A DNA stretch of 64,000 nucleotides from Candidatus Kaiserbacteria bacterium (lineage in GTDB: Bacteria; Patescibacteriota; Minisyncoccia; Phycocordibacterales; Phycocordibacteraceae), in NCBI GenBank assembly GCA_027451665.1, contig DAIDIW010000002.1, positions 146,766 to 210,765 of the forward strand, given 5' to 3'. A program made the translations under genes and the position numbers. Within the stretch, counting starts at the first letter, position 1; every line of letters begins with the position of its first letter. The notes beneath the pieces are model-generated. The model searched no databases. It was not told where the DNA came from and worked only from the letters and a program-made list of their open reading frames with translations. This document shows, in pieces, positions 38,344 through 49,419 of this stretch.

Positions 38344-39441
38344 TCAGGCGTGCAGGAATACCATCACGTCGCCATCGCGCACGAGATATTCCTTCCCCTC
38401 GGTTCTCAGCTTTCCCGTGTCTCTCGCCCTCCCCCATCCGCCTGCGGCGATGAGATCGGCATAGGCCACCACTTCCGCACGAATAAACTTGTCCTTGAAG
38501 TCCGTATGTATCGCCGCTCCGGCCTCTGGCGCGCTCGCCCCCTTTGGTACGGTCCAGGCTCGGGTCTCCTTCTCACCGGTCGTAAAAAAGGAGATGAGAC
38601 CGAGTGTTGTGTAGGCTCCTCGAATCAGTTCGGCAAGCCCGTCCTCATGCACGCCAAGCTCTTCGCGGAAGGATTGTTTATCGTCTTCGGATACATCGTT
38701 CAATTCCCGTTCGGTAGCAGCATCCACCATCACGTAGTTACCCCCTAGCTGAGAAATGAGTTCGTAGCAGCGTTTCGCGCGGCCGTCCGCGAGCTCATCT
38801 AGATTGTGGCCACCACTCTTTCTATTGAGCGCGTAGAGAATAGGTTTCATGGTTAAGAGAGCGAGGTGCTCGACGCATGCGCGCTCATCCAGATCGAGCG
38901 ATGCGTGCAGCGCAAGCTTGCCTGCGGCGAAGGCTTGTTCAAGCTTCGCAAGCGCCACATCTTCCGCAATCGCATCCTTCTGCCCTGCCTTCATATCGCG
39001 TGCGAGCTTGTCGCGGCGTTTGCGCACCTGTTCTGCATCCGCGAGCGTAAGCTCGAGGTTGATTACCTCTATGTCCTTATAGGGCTCGACTTCACCATGC
39101 ACGTGATGCGTATCTGGATCATCGAAGAACCGCACGACCTCGAGGATCGCGTCAGTCTCCTTGATATTCGCAAGAAACTGGTTGCCGAGACCTTCGCCTT
39201 CCGCCGCGCCCTTTACGAGCCCGGCGATATCTACGAATTCGATCGCAGCTGGGATCTTCTTCTCGCTCTGCGACAGTTCAGCGAGCCGGTCGAGGCGCGT
39301 ATCAGGCACGCCGACCACGCCCACCGAGGGGTCGATTGTACAGAACGGGTAATTCTCGGCCGGCACCGACGCCTTAGTGAGTGCATTAAAAAGCGTGGAT
39401 TTCCCCACGTTTGGCAGGCCTACGATCCCGATTTTAAGCAT
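38344..39441 (-). CDS. ychF: Ribosome-binding ATPase YchF
   Basis: GLPNVGKS, NYPFCTIDP, DIAGLV, FFTTGEKETRAW. Confidence 0.96.
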   Translation of the reverse strand: MLKIGIVGLPNVGKSTLFNALTKASVPAENYPFCTIDPSVGVVGVPDTRLDRLAELSQSEKKIPAAIEFVDIAGLVKGAAEGEGLGNQFLANIKETDAILEVVRFFDDPDTHHVHGEVEPYKDIEVINLELTLADAEQVRKRRDKLARDMKAGQKDAIAEDVALAKLEQAFAAGKLALHASLDLDERACVEHLALLTMKPILYALNRKSGGHNLDELADGRAKRCYELISQLGGNYVMVDAATERELNDVSEDDKQSFREELGVHEDGLAELIRGAYTTLGLISFFTTGEKETRAWTVPKGASAPEAGAAIHTDFKDKFIRAEVVAYADLIAAGGWGRARDTGKLRTEGKEYLVRDGDVMVFLHA

Positions 39442-39523
39442 TCGTTAACGTTACTAGGATAATGAACAAAAGCAAAGTCTACGGCTGACGCTTAGGTCTC
39501 CGTCTCACCATAAGGCGACGCCG

Positions 39524-40102
39524 CTATTTTCCCCTCCGGCCAAGACGTTCGACCTTGCGCATCCAACGCGCGTGGGTCCGCGCCGAGGCGCGTTCGGACG
39601 GGCCGAATACGGTCGAGTGCGCAGCGATGCCTGCGAAGCGCAGAAGTGCAAGCTCGAGGACGACCGTAGGCGGTCCGTACATGAAGCGTAACAGCGGCGG
39701 CCACGTGTTCGCGCTCGTCACGATCCGTCCGGTCCGTCCTTTGAGAAGCTTCTTCCATGTAAGCCCATGGTCGGCAAAGTTAAAACAAACATGCGGAAGC
39801 CACGCGCGATCAAAAAGGCCCTTCAGCATTGCGGGCATGGAGCTCCACCAGGTCGGGTAGACGACCACCACATGATCGGCCCAGCGGATGTTTGCAAGAA
39901 AATCGTTTAAATCCGGCTCGAGTTCCTGGATGGTCTTATACCCTTCGTGCAGTATCGGGTCGAAATGCATCTCGCCGATATTCATGCGGCGTACCTCGTG
40001 CCCTGCCTCCTTCGCTGCGCGCTCATAGGTGTCTGCGAACGCGCCTGACAGCGTGGCAGGGTCAGTGTGCCCGAGCAAGACGAAGATCTTTTTTCTGGTC
40101 AT
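39524..40102 (-). CDS. NAD(P)H-dependent oxidoreductase (flavodoxin-2 family)
   Basis: VLLGH, WADHVVVVYPTWWSSMPAMLKGLFDR. Confidence 0.85.
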   Translation of the reverse strand: MTRKKIFVLLGHTDPATLSGAFADTYERAAKEAGHEVRRMNIGEMHFDPILHEGYKTIQELEPDLNDFLANIRWADHVVVVYPTWWSSMPAMLKGLFDRAWLPHVCFNFADHGLTWKKLLKGRTGRIVTSANTWPPLLRFMYGPPTVVLELALLRFAGIAAHSTVFGPSERASARTHARWMRKVERLGRRGK

Positions 40103-40614
40103 ATTAAACGGTTTTGAGGTGATGTGGTAAAACGCATGCGCGTGAACGCAATAAGCGCATACAGTACAGCGCCTACGATGACATACAGCGCGATCGCACT
40201 TCCGAACGATTTGATGGGGAGGAGTCCAAGAGACAGGTAGGCAAGGAACCACCAGGCAGTGAACGCCGCAGCGCTCCCGAGCAAGAACGGCACGCGCTTA
40301 CGCGCGAGCGCCGACGAGAGTGCCACGATAAGCAGGGCAAGGGATACAAGTACCCAGTAGCTTGCTGTAAGCGCGGGTTGCACGGTAGCACGAGCGACGT
40401 ACGCTCTCACAACAAGCCCAAGGGACGAAAAAAGCACGAGCAGGAGCCCGAAGCGAAGTCCGCGGCCAACGATTCGCAGATGCGCTTGCTCTGCAGCCGA
40501 AATCGCACCGTCGGCTGCCGCGCGCAGGTATGCAACCTCACTCCAGACCGCGCAACTGACACCAATGAGTGCGCCTGTGGCTTGAAGCGTGGCGAGCAAC
40601 GTGACCGCGTGCAT
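40099..40614 (-). CDS. Hypothetical membrane protein
   Basis: About 5 hydrophobic helices; ATGA overlap with the downstream gene. Confidence 0.7.
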   Translation of the reverse strand: MHAVTLLATLQATGALIGVSCAVWSEVAYLRAAADGAISAAEQAHLRIVGRGLRFGLLLVLFSSLGLVVRAYVARATVQPALTASYWVLVSLALLIVALSSALARKRVPFLLGSAAAFTAWWFLAYLSLGLLPIKSFGSAIALYVIVGAVLYALIAFTRMRFTTSPQNRLI

Positions 40615-40617
40615 ACG

Positions 40618-40848
40618 TTAGCGCTGCATGAGCACCGCGATCTCTTCCCGATGCTTCTTCATGACCTCCATTGCGGCCTTCATCTCGCTCTCTCCTCCTT
40701 TCTTCCGCCGCTCAATCTCTTCGCCGATCCGTTTAAAAAGGTCGGGGTCCTTCTGAACAAGCGCAAGCATTTGGTCGCGCTGCGCCTCTGGCACGTCTTT
40801 CAGCTTCCAATCCGCGTATTTCTTGAAGAAAAAGCTCTGTAGCGACAT
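40618..40848 (-). CDS. Small helical hypothetical protein
   Basis: 76 aa; TGGTATCAT-N6-ATG. Confidence 0.7.
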   Translation of the reverse strand: MSLQSFFFKKYADWKLKDVPEAQRDQMLALVQKDPDLFKRIGEEIERRKKGGESEMKAAMEVMKKHREEIAVLMQR

Positions 40849-40883
40849 GCGTGCATGATACCACGGTACTGAAGCGACCCCAG

Positions 40884-41297
40884 CTATTCGTTCACCGGAC
40901 GAAGCACGATGCCGCGCAGCGTGCGTACCGTAAAGTAAAGCGCGATGAGCGAGATTAGCGCAAGCGCCTCGAGGAAAATGAACGATGCGCTCACGGTATT
41001 TACGCCGGCCTGATATTTCTCGATCACGGTAGTACCGAACAAAAGCGTGCCCAAGGCTGCAAGAAATGCATTCGTCCAGTGTATCCAGCGCTGGGTCGGG
41101 TTCGTAACGCCTGCGGCGACGACGAGAACGACCGCTCCCACGACGGCGCCCGCGGTCGAGAGCGGTAACTGCGCACCTGTAGACTGCGCAACGATGAGGG
41201 TGAGCGCAGCGAGAACGAAGAGCGCCCGCACGGCGTCCCCGTGGTAGTGCGGAATACCCCGATGGCGCTCACGCCCGGAGTCTTCATCAAATGCCAT
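40884..41297 (-). CDS. Hypothetical 4-TM protein
   Basis: HYHGD motif followed by four TM helices; TATACT-N6-ATG. Confidence 0.7.
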   Translation of the reverse strand: MAFDEDSGRERHRGIPHYHGDAVRALFVLAALTLIVAQSTGAQLPLSTAGAVVGAVVLVVAAGVTNPTQRWIHWTNAFLAALGTLLFGTTVIEKYQAGVNTVSASFIFLEALALISLIALYFTVRTLRGIVLRPVNE

Positions 41298-41387
41298 AGT
41301 GAAAGTATACCGGAGGCTTGGCGAGCGCGTTGTCGGTCAATCGAGCTCCGTGGATAACGAGTCGGCGTCCCTGGTCATGGGGATGTC

Positions 41388-41636
41388 CTAGAGCAGGATT
41401 GTCGCCTCATTATGCGAGACTTCTGCTACGCCGCCGCCTTCGATATCGAAATGGTACGTCTCCCCGTCGGCAGCGACCACGTGGATCTGCCCCTCTGCAA
41501 GACGAGAGACGAAGGGTTCGTGATGCGCGAGCACCTGGAACACCCCTTCGGTACCGGGCAGCACAACCGAAACGGCTTGTCCGTCAAAGAGGTTCTCACC
41601 AACCCGGGCGACTGTCAGATTGAATGCGTTTGCCAT
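41388..41636 (-). CDS. atpC: ATP synthase epsilon subunit (N-terminal domain only)
   Basis: LPGTEGVFQVLAHHEP, GGVAEV; 82 aa. Confidence 0.88.
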   Translation of the reverse strand: MANAFNLTVARVGENLFDGQAVSVVLPGTEGVFQVLAHHEPFVSRLAEGQIHVVAADGETYHFDIEGGGVAEVSHNEATILL

Positions 41637-41646
41637 CGGTCACCAT

Positions 41647-43143
<1,497 letters not shown>

Positions 43144-44052
43144 TTAACTCGCGAGCGCTTCGCGGCCGCCTACGATCTCAGAGACTTCGCGGGTGATTGC
43201 GGCCTGACGTAGCTTGTTATAGGTTCTCGTGAGATCCCGCACGACTTCCTTCGATTTGTCGGACGCGCTCTTCATAGCGACCATGCGAGCCGAGTGCTCG
43301 GACGCCTTGCTCTCGAGGAGCATGTGATACAGAGAGGCGGCAACGAGGCGCGGGACGAGCAGATCGAGCAACTCGGCGTCTTCCGGTTCGATCGTGTATG
43401 CAGGGACATCTTGCGAGCGGTCGAGCGTGCTGTACTTCCCCTTTGAGGGGACAATGTCCTCGACCAGCTTTCGCACCTCCTCGAGCGAAAGCGGCAAGAG
43501 CGTGCGAATTGTAGGCGTTTGCTCGAATGTCGAGCGAAAATTGCTATAGGCGACGATAACACGATCGAATGCTTCGGCCGCATACGCGCGCGTGAGGTCG
43601 GCTACAAGGCGATCCATCACGGAAAGCTCCACCTCGTCGATCCGATTCTCCCAGAAGCCTGTGATGCGATAGCCGCGATGTGTGAAGAACTCCATCCCCT
43701 TCTTGCCATACGCGTACACAGAAACCGCTTCGACCGGATAGCCCCGAAGCGCTTCGCGTGCGGCCTTCGTCACGTTCGCGCTTAACGCTCCCGCTAGCCC
43801 TTTATCGCTTGTGATGATAACAAGCGCGATGCGTTTCGGCTCGCGCGCGCGGGCGAGCGGATGCCGTACGAGATCGGCACCACCCGAAAGCCTTGAAAGT
43901 ATCTGAAGCGCCGCGCGCGCGTAGGGACGGCCTTTAAGCGCGCGCTCCTGCGTCTTGCGCATCTTAACTGCGGAAACCGCCTCCATCGCCCGTGTCACCT
44001 TATTGGTGCGGTTCGTCGAACCGATCTTCGCTTTGATATCCTTGAGCGCCAT
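43144..44052 (-). CDS. atpG: ATP synthase gamma subunit
   Basis: TRAMEAVSAVK, SDKGLAG, YNKLRQAAITRE. Confidence 0.96.
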   Translation of the reverse strand: MALKDIKAKIGSTNRTNKVTRAMEAVSAVKMRKTQERALKGRPYARAALQILSRLSGGADLVRHPLARAREPKRIALVIITSDKGLAGALSANVTKAAREALRGYPVEAVSVYAYGKKGMEFFTHRGYRITGFWENRIDEVELSVMDRLVADLTRAYAAEAFDRVIVAYSNFRSTFEQTPTIRTLLPLSLEEVRKLVEDIVPSKGKYSTLDRSQDVPAYTIEPEDAELLDLLVPRLVAASLYHMLLESKASEHSARMVAMKSASDKSKEVVRDLTRTYNKLRQAAITREVSEIVGGREALAS

Positions 44053-44058
44053 GACAGA

Positions 44059-45612
44059 TTATGCGTTCGTCGCGCGCTGAACGAACTGCGTGAGCTTCTC
44101 GCGCAGGGACGCTTCCGTCTCCTCGCGGATCTCCTTCGATTCCTTGATCGCTTCGAGGATGCCGCCCGCTTCGCGGTCGAGATAATCGCGGAGCTTCTTC
44201 TCGATTGCGGGAATCTCATGCGGCGAGAAGGCATCGAGATAGCCGTTCGTCGCCGCAAAGATGATCGCCGCTTCCATCTGGAACGGCAGAGGCGCCCCCT
44301 TGCCCTGGGTCAGCACCTGCGTCATACGTCGACCGTCGTCAATCTGCTTCTTTGTATCAGCGTCGAGGTCGGACGAGAATTGCATGAACGCTTCGAGTTC
44401 GCGGAACTGCGCGAGGGAGAGCTTGATTTTGCCCGAGATCCTTTTCATCGCCTTTGTCTGCGCGGAGCTGCCCACGCGGGAGACCGAAAGCCCCACGTTA
44501 ATCGCAGGCCGCTGACCCTTGTTAAAGAGGTCCGATTCGAGAAAAATCTGGCCGTCCGTGATCGAGATGACGTTCGTCGGAATGTAGGCCGACACGTCAT
44601 TCTCCTGCGTCTCGATGATAGGGAGCGCGGTGAGCGACCCGCCTCCCTTTGCTTCGGAAAGCTTCGCTGCCCGCTCGAGGAGCCGCGAGTGCAAATAGAA
44701 GATGTCGCCTGGGTAGGCTTCACGTCCCGGCGGACGCCGCAGGAGGAGCGACATCTGGCGGTACGCGACCGCCTGTTTCGAGAGGTCATCATAAACGACA
44801 AGCGCGTCGTCGCCGCGATCCATGAAGAACTCCCCTATGGCCGCGCCTGCAAAGGGTGCAAGGAACTGAAGCGCAGCCGGCGACGATGCCGGTGCCGTCA
44901 CCACGATCGTGTAATCCATCGCGCCGCGTTCAGCGAGTTCGGCGACGATCTTTGCGGTCTTAGACTCCTTCTGGCCGATCGCGACATAAATGCAAATTGG
45001 ACGTCTCTCTTTCGGCTCATACTTTTGCGCAAGAATAGTATCGACCGCAATCGAGGTCTTTCCCGTCCCGCGATCGCCGATGATGAGCTCACGCTGGCCG
45101 CGGCCGATCGGAATCATGGAGTCAACGGCTTTGATGCCGGTATGGAGCGGTACGTTCACCGGTGCGCGATCGATAACGCCGTACGCTTCACGCTCAATCG
45201 GACGCAGCACAGTCTCGCCGGTCGGCCCCTTGCCGTCTACCGATTCACCGAGCGGATTCACGACACGACCGACGAGTGATTCGCCAACCGGAATCGAAAG
45301 CAGTCGCCCGACGCGACGAACGAGCATGCCTTCATACACCTTCGCGGAATCGCCGAGAATAACCGCGCGTACCCCGTCCTCCTCGAGATTGAGCACGAGC
45401 CCGAATACGGGATTCGGATCCTTGAGTGCCGCCTCGAGCGTGCGATCGAACGTCGGGTCGAAGATGATCATTTCGCTCATCACTGCGCCCGTGAGGCCGT
45501 CAATTTCCGCGATACCGTCGCCGGCAGCGCGCACCGTTCCTGCCTCCTCGCTGCCTGCGTCGGGCTTCCACGACGCAATCTCCTTCTCGATACGTTCGAT
45601 TATGCTTTGCAT
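44059..45612 (-). CDS. atpA: ATP synthase alpha subunit
   Basis: GDRGTGKT, RRPPGREAYPGD, SVSRVGS. Confidence 0.97.
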   Translation of the reverse strand: MQSIIERIEKEIASWKPDAGSEEAGTVRAAGDGIAEIDGLTGAVMSEMIIFDPTFDRTLEAALKDPNPVFGLVLNLEEDGVRAVILGDSAKVYEGMLVRRVGRLLSIPVGESLVGRVVNPLGESVDGKGPTGETVLRPIEREAYGVIDRAPVNVPLHTGIKAVDSMIPIGRGQRELIIGDRGTGKTSIAVDTILAQKYEPKERRPICIYVAIGQKESKTAKIVAELAERGAMDYTIVVTAPASSPAALQFLAPFAGAAIGEFFMDRGDDALVVYDDLSKQAVAYRQMSLLLRRPPGREAYPGDIFYLHSRLLERAAKLSEAKGGGSLTALPIIETQENDVSAYIPTNVISITDGQIFLESDLFNKGQRPAINVGLSVSRVGSSAQTKAMKRISGKIKLSLAQFRELEAFMQFSSDLDADTKKQIDDGRRMTQVLTQGKGAPLPFQMEAAIIFAATNGYLDAFSPHEIPAIEKKLRDYLDREAGGILEAIKESKEIREETEASLREKLTQFVQRATNA

Positions 45613-45614
45613 GA

Positions 45615-45986
45615 TTAGTTCGTGACCTTCTGATAAATCCCGATGAGCGCTGCCTTGGCGCTCTTGTCGATGAGGCGACCACGTCCGCGCGCTCGCCACC
45701 CCTTCACGAGCGAATGATTTACGCTGGCCTCCGTCGCGTCGATCCCTGCGGCGCGCGCTTCGGCAAGCGCCGTTGGCCGTTCCTCAGCGCTCGCTACCTC
45801 GACCATCGGCGCAAGTGCCTTGCGGCGCGCTGCAATTTTCCGCAGCTCCGCATGAATCTGAGGCAGCAGCTTCACCCTGCCGGAGGATGCGAGATGCTCT
45901 ATAAGCCGCTCGATGACTGCTTCAGCCTGCGGCTCGTCATCAAGCGCGGCGACCGATTCGAGGATGTGAGTATAGGAATCAAGCAT
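45615..45986 (-). CDS. atpH: ATP synthase delta subunit (shortened)
   Basis: Lies between atpF and atpA; C-terminal VNHSLVKGW...LIDKS resembles the delta/OSCP end. Confidence 0.7.
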   Translation of the reverse strand: MLDSYTHILESVAALDDEPQAEAVIERLIEHLASSGRVKLLPQIHAELRKIAARRKALAPMVEVASAEERPTALAEARAAGIDATEASVNHSLVKGWRARGRGRLIDKSAKAALIGIYQKVTN

Positions 45987-46428
45987 GATGCTTTGAGAGC
46001 ACCTTTTCCGCAGCGAGAATCGCAAGACGCGCAATCTCCTTCTCGCTCTCCCGGCGCATCCGCTCGCCCTCCTCTTTGGCACGCGCCTCGGCATCTTTTG
46101 CTACCTGTTCAGCGCGCGCTTCCGCATCAGAAACGATACGGGCTCGTTCCGAGGAAGCCGTCTCGCGCGCGCTCGCAACGATGCCGTCGGCTTCTGTCTC
46201 TGCCGCACGCACGCGAGCCGCCGCAGTATCGTCCGCCTGCGCAAGCTTCTGTGCCGCCTCGTCAGCATCCTGCACGGCTTTTGCTATTTTCTTCTGCCGC
46301 TCGTCGAGGGTCGACATGACCGGTTTATAGAGAAAATACCAGAGCGCGAGCATGACCAGCCCGAAGTTCACCGCCTGCGCGATGAGCAGATTCAACTGGA
46401 TGCCGAACGCAGAGAAGAGTTGGTGCAT
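45979..46428 (-). CDS. atpF: ATP synthase b subunit
   Basis: QAVNF plus TM, LDERQKKI, coiled coil. Confidence 0.92.
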   Translation of the reverse strand: MHQLFSAFGIQLNLLIAQAVNFGLVMLALWYFLYKPVMSTLDERQKKIAKAVQDADEAAQKLAQADDTAAARVRAAETEADGIVASARETASSERARIVSDAEARAEQVAKDAEARAKEEGERMRRESEKEIARLAILAAEKVLSKHHA

Positions 46429-46522
46429 GGTGCGGGTAGATAAAGTGGGTCGGAAGGACTATAGCTATGCGTAGCGCGGGATATCGGATCCGCGACGCTC
46501 CGCACGGCCCTTCAGCACATGT

Positions 46523-46750
46523 TTAGACGAACTTAATGATGAACGAAACCACGAGCGCGAGAATACCAAGCGCCTCAGTGAACACGATCGCGAGAATCAT
46601 GTTCGAGACAATTTTTCCCGAGGCGTCCGGGTTCCGCCCGATGGCCTGCATGGCGCCGCCGCCAATAAGACCAATACCGATACCCGGGCCGATAACGCCA
46701 AGACCGGCCGCGAGCGCCATCCCGAGATCCTTTGCCGTATTAATATCCAT
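46523..46750 (-). CDS. atpE: ATP synthase c subunit (H+-type signature)
   Basis: GxGxGxG, RNP loop, carrier Glu in FTEAL; lacks the Q and S/T Na+ ligands. Confidence 0.95.
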   Translation of the reverse strand: MDINTAKDLGMALAAGLGVIGPGIGIGLIGGGAMQAIGRNPDASGKIVSNMILAIVFTEALGILALVVSFIIKFV

Positions 46751-46859
46751 AGGTTATGAGAAAAGCCTGCTTGGAATTCTCAGATTCCGAACGCCTGCTA
46801 TACTTAATTACTCTTGATAATAATTGCTCCTGGTTATCCCGGAGCCGCCAGAAGCGCCG

Positions 46860-47606
46860 CTAGTGCGCCTCTGCCGGATCTGCGATGGCGAGCTTGATGA
46901 AGAAGAGCGTAAGGATCGCGAATACCGCCGCCTGGACGAGCCCGATGAACATCTCGAATCCCATAAGCGGTGCCGGAAGGAAGAACGGCAAGAAGTATCC
47001 CGCTACGAGCACCATCACTTCGCCAGCGAATATGTTTCCGAAAAGTCGGAACGAAAATGTGATGATGCGCCCAAGGTTCGACAACGTCTCAAGTAAGCCG
47101 ACGACAAACCCCATGGGCGACCTCAGGTTAACATATCGACTCATGTGCCGGAAAAATCCGAGCATCGAGATGCCCGTAACCTCGATGACAAAGAACGAGA
47201 TGAGGGCAAGCGCGAGCGTGAAATTGAGATCCGTCGTAGGCGCACGGAAGAGCGGAAGGAATCTTCCCGCATGAAAGAACCCTACCGAGCCGACGCCCGG
47301 AAAGAACTCGAGTTCATTAATGAGCGCGACGAAGAGAAAGATGGTAGCGACGAGCGGAAAGAACTTCCGTGCGAGCTCCTCACTTTCCAGCGTCTCGGCC
47401 ATATAGGCGAGCGCCCCTTCGAAAGCCCATTCAACACCCGCCTGAAGCTTTCCGGGGACCATCTTCACGCGACGCCCAAAGAAGAATGCGAATCCTATCA
47501 AGAGCACCATGAGCAGCCACGTCATGACGAGGGCGTTCGTGATCGGAAAACCGAAAACGGAGCCGAGGTGCTCCGCTGCGAGTACCACTGAGATGCCGCC
47601 GCTCAT
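46860..47606 (-). CDS. atpB: ATP synthase a subunit
   Basis: PTTDLN, SFRLFGNIFAGE, VQAAVF. Confidence 0.95.
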   Translation of the reverse strand: MSGGISVVLAAEHLGSVFGFPITNALVMTWLLMVLLIGFAFFFGRRVKMVPGKLQAGVEWAFEGALAYMAETLESEELARKFFPLVATIFLFVALINELEFFPGVGSVGFFHAGRFLPLFRAPTTDLNFTLALALISFFVIEVTGISMLGFFRHMSRYVNLRSPMGFVVGLLETLSNLGRIITFSFRLFGNIFAGEVMVLVAGYFLPFFLPAPLMGFEMFIGLVQAAVFAILTLFFIKLAIADPAEAH

Positions 47607-47640
47607 GTGCCGCTATTCTAGCAAATTGCGTTTCGAAATG

Positions 47641-47674
47641 AAAAGGAAAAGGACCGCGATATGTGCGGTCCTTT
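47641..47674 (-). terminator. Terminator after speD
   Basis: AAAGGACCGC-N7-GCGGTCCTTT followed by TCCTTTT on the minus strand. Confidence 0.7.
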
Positions 47675-47693
47675 GAGGGAGATCAGGAGATGT

Positions 47694-48167
47694 CTAGAGT
47701 ACGCCCCGCTTATGTTCGGCAATCACGATGCGTTCCGGCCGGAATGCCTCCTTGAGGACGGCGAGCGCCTTGCGCGGCTCGGCGTCCCCGCACATGAACA
47801 CATCGAAGGCAGCGTAGCCTTTCTCCGGCCAGGTGTGAACGGAGATGTGACTTTCCGCAAGAACGGCCACGCCGGATATGCCTCCGCCGCCAGAGAACTT
47901 ATGCAGGTGGATGTGCAGCAGCGTTGCGCCGGCCTTATCGACAGCCTCAACCAGCGCTTGTTCAATACGGTTGCGGTCGTCGAGACCTTCCGCATCCCAC
48001 AGATCGATTATCAGGTGGCCACCTGCGTACGTTATCCCGTTACACGTGATGAAGTGATCCTTGCGGTCTTCCTCCCCAGGAGGAATTGCAACCAGGACGG
48101 TCTTCGCCGGCATGCGAGCAGAAACTGCCCCATTGCCATTGATCGCCGCCGCAGTACCGTGAGCCAT
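47694..48167 (-). CDS. speD: Pyruvoyl-dependent S-adenosylmethionine decarboxylase family proenzyme
   Basis: GxHLIIDL, GISGVAVLAESHISVHTWPE (self-cleavage ES), DVFMCG; AGGAGG SD. Confidence 0.88.
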   Translation of the reverse strand: MAHGTAAAINGNGAVSARMPAKTVLVAIPPGEEDRKDHFITCNGITYAGGHLIIDLWDAEGLDDRNRIEQALVEAVDKAGATLLHIHLHKFSGGGGISGVAVLAESHISVHTWPEKGYAAFDVFMCGDAEPRKALAVLKEAFRPERIVIAEHKRGVL

Positions 48168-48395
48168 CCAGGCCTCCTAATGTCATGGTAAGGGCGTTCA
48201 CACGATGCGAACGCTGTCTAAACCGCGGGCAGTATAGGGTTTCTGTACGAAAACACAATAGGCATTTGACCCTCTGGCAAGAATTATGTGGATAACCCGC
48301 TATCAACGGTGCTCGCCTCCCTGCCCTAGCATTCCGGTTCTTACGGGGTATACTTGCCCTCGTTAGCTAGAAACCTAATACCACACGTAATCGCT

Positions 48396-48650
48396 ATGGC
48401 ACGAAAAGCCAACCCCGCACTTCTGAAGCCTCTGGAGCTCGACGCTGAGCTTGAGGCAGTCGTGGGCAAGGGTCCCATGCCCCGTTCTGAGGTCGTCAAA
48501 AAACTCTGGGAGTACATCAAGAGGAATGATCTCCAGAACCCGGCGAACAAGCGCAACATCCTTGCGGATAACAAGCTCCGCCCGATTTTCGGCAAGGACG
48601 AAGTTACCATGTTCGAGATGACAAAGCTCGTCTCGACGCACATGAAATAA
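48396..48650 (+). CDS. Stand-alone SWIB/MDM2-domain protein
   Basis: LEAVVG..PMPRSEVVKKLWEYIK..DLQ...NKRNI.AD.KL..IFG...TMFEM. Confidence 0.88.
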   Translation: MARKANPALLKPLELDAELEAVVGKGPMPRSEVVKKLWEYIKRNDLQNPANKRNILADNKLRPIFGKDEVTMFEMTKLVSTHMK

Positions 48651-48669
48651 GCTGCGACTTCGTGCAGCA

Positions 48670-48700
48670 CAGAACCGCCGCCCTTCGGGCGGCGGTTCTG
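48670..48700. terminator. Perfect 14-bp hairpin between the convergent SWIB gene and tRNA-Ala
   Basis: CAGAACCGCCGCCC-TTC-GGGCGGCGGTTCTG; no long U-tract. Confidence 0.6.
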
Positions 48701-48717
48701 CTATCTCCTCTGCAGAG

Positions 48718-49419
48718 TCAGACTCCTGTGGACTCGAGGGGACTTGAACCCCTGACCCCCTCCATGCCATGGAGGTGCTCTACCAGCTGAGCTACGAGCC
48801 CGTGTGCACCATTTAACCGCATTTCTACGGTACGCGCTACAGGACCGGTCAGTATGAGGCCGGAAACGTATATCGCGGCAACAGCATATGCGGCACCGCC
48901 AATGACATCTGCGAGGTAGTGCTGCTTTACGAACAACGTCGAAAGGGCCACGAGCGTGCCGACCGTCCAGATAAGGGGAGCATACGCGGGAAATGCGAGC
49001 GCGCAGAAGTAGGCCACCGTGAGCGCCATGAGGACGTGGGTGCTTGGAAATGTGTGCGCCCGATCATCGTGGCGATAAAGCCAGTGGACGAGCCTGCTAC
49101 TCACGTCGTTGCGCCGTATCTCGGGCTGGCGTATGCCGCCTTTGATGAAATAACGCGTGAGGGAACCTGCAAGCAGCCCAAAGATGAGCGCAACATAGAG
49201 CGCCTCGGCGTAAGGAGTCTCAAACATACGGATAAGCGCCACTCCCACGAACGGGAAAAGTCCGAAGTACGGGAAGATGAATTCAGGCACGAAGGGTATC
49301 TGCCTGTCGAGCGCGCTCATAAAGTAATACTTCGCCCGCCCGCGATTCAGCGGGAAATACAGATACATGCTCGCGATGACGAGCGCGAGAAGCGCAAGAA
49401 GCAAGACGTCGCGTGTCAT
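48718..49419 (-). CDS. PAP2-family membrane phosphatase; the reading frame continues through tRNA-Ala(GGC)
   Basis: IPFVPEFIFPY, TFPSTH, STLFVKQHYLADVIGG; start ATG 49419 overlaps the upstream stop. Confidence 0.8.
   Translation of the reverse strand: MTRDVLLLALLALVIASMYLYFPLNRGRAKYYFMSALDRQIPFVPEFIFPYFGLFPFVGVALIRMFETPYAEALYVALIFGLLAGSLTRYFIKGGIRQPEIRRNDVSSRLVHWLYRHDDRAHTFPSTHVLMALTVAYFCALAFPAYAPLIWTVGTLVALSTLFVKQHYLADVIGGAAYAVAAIYVSGLILTGPVARTVEMRLNGAHGLVAQLVEHLHGMEGVRGSSPLESTGV
48729..48801 (-). tRNA. tRNA-Ala(GGC)
   Basis: G3:U70 pair; CCTCC-AT-GGC-AT-GGAGG with A32-U38; CCA not encoded. Confidence 0.95.

Noticed and set aside
46523-46750. Na+-translocating ATP synthase
   Set aside because: The c subunit has the Pro but lacks the Gln and Ser/Thr ligands (GPGIGIG; EAL).
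48287-48295. Perfect DnaA box (TGTGGATAA) as a possible oriC
   Set aside because: It is a single box with no cluster, no AT-rich unwinding element, no dnaA nearby and no switch in gene strand bias.
48040-48306. Overlapping upstream ORF suggesting +1 frameshift control of speD
   Set aside because: speD has an ideal AGGAGG-N5-ATG start, and the overlapping frame has no recognisable shift site or protein character.
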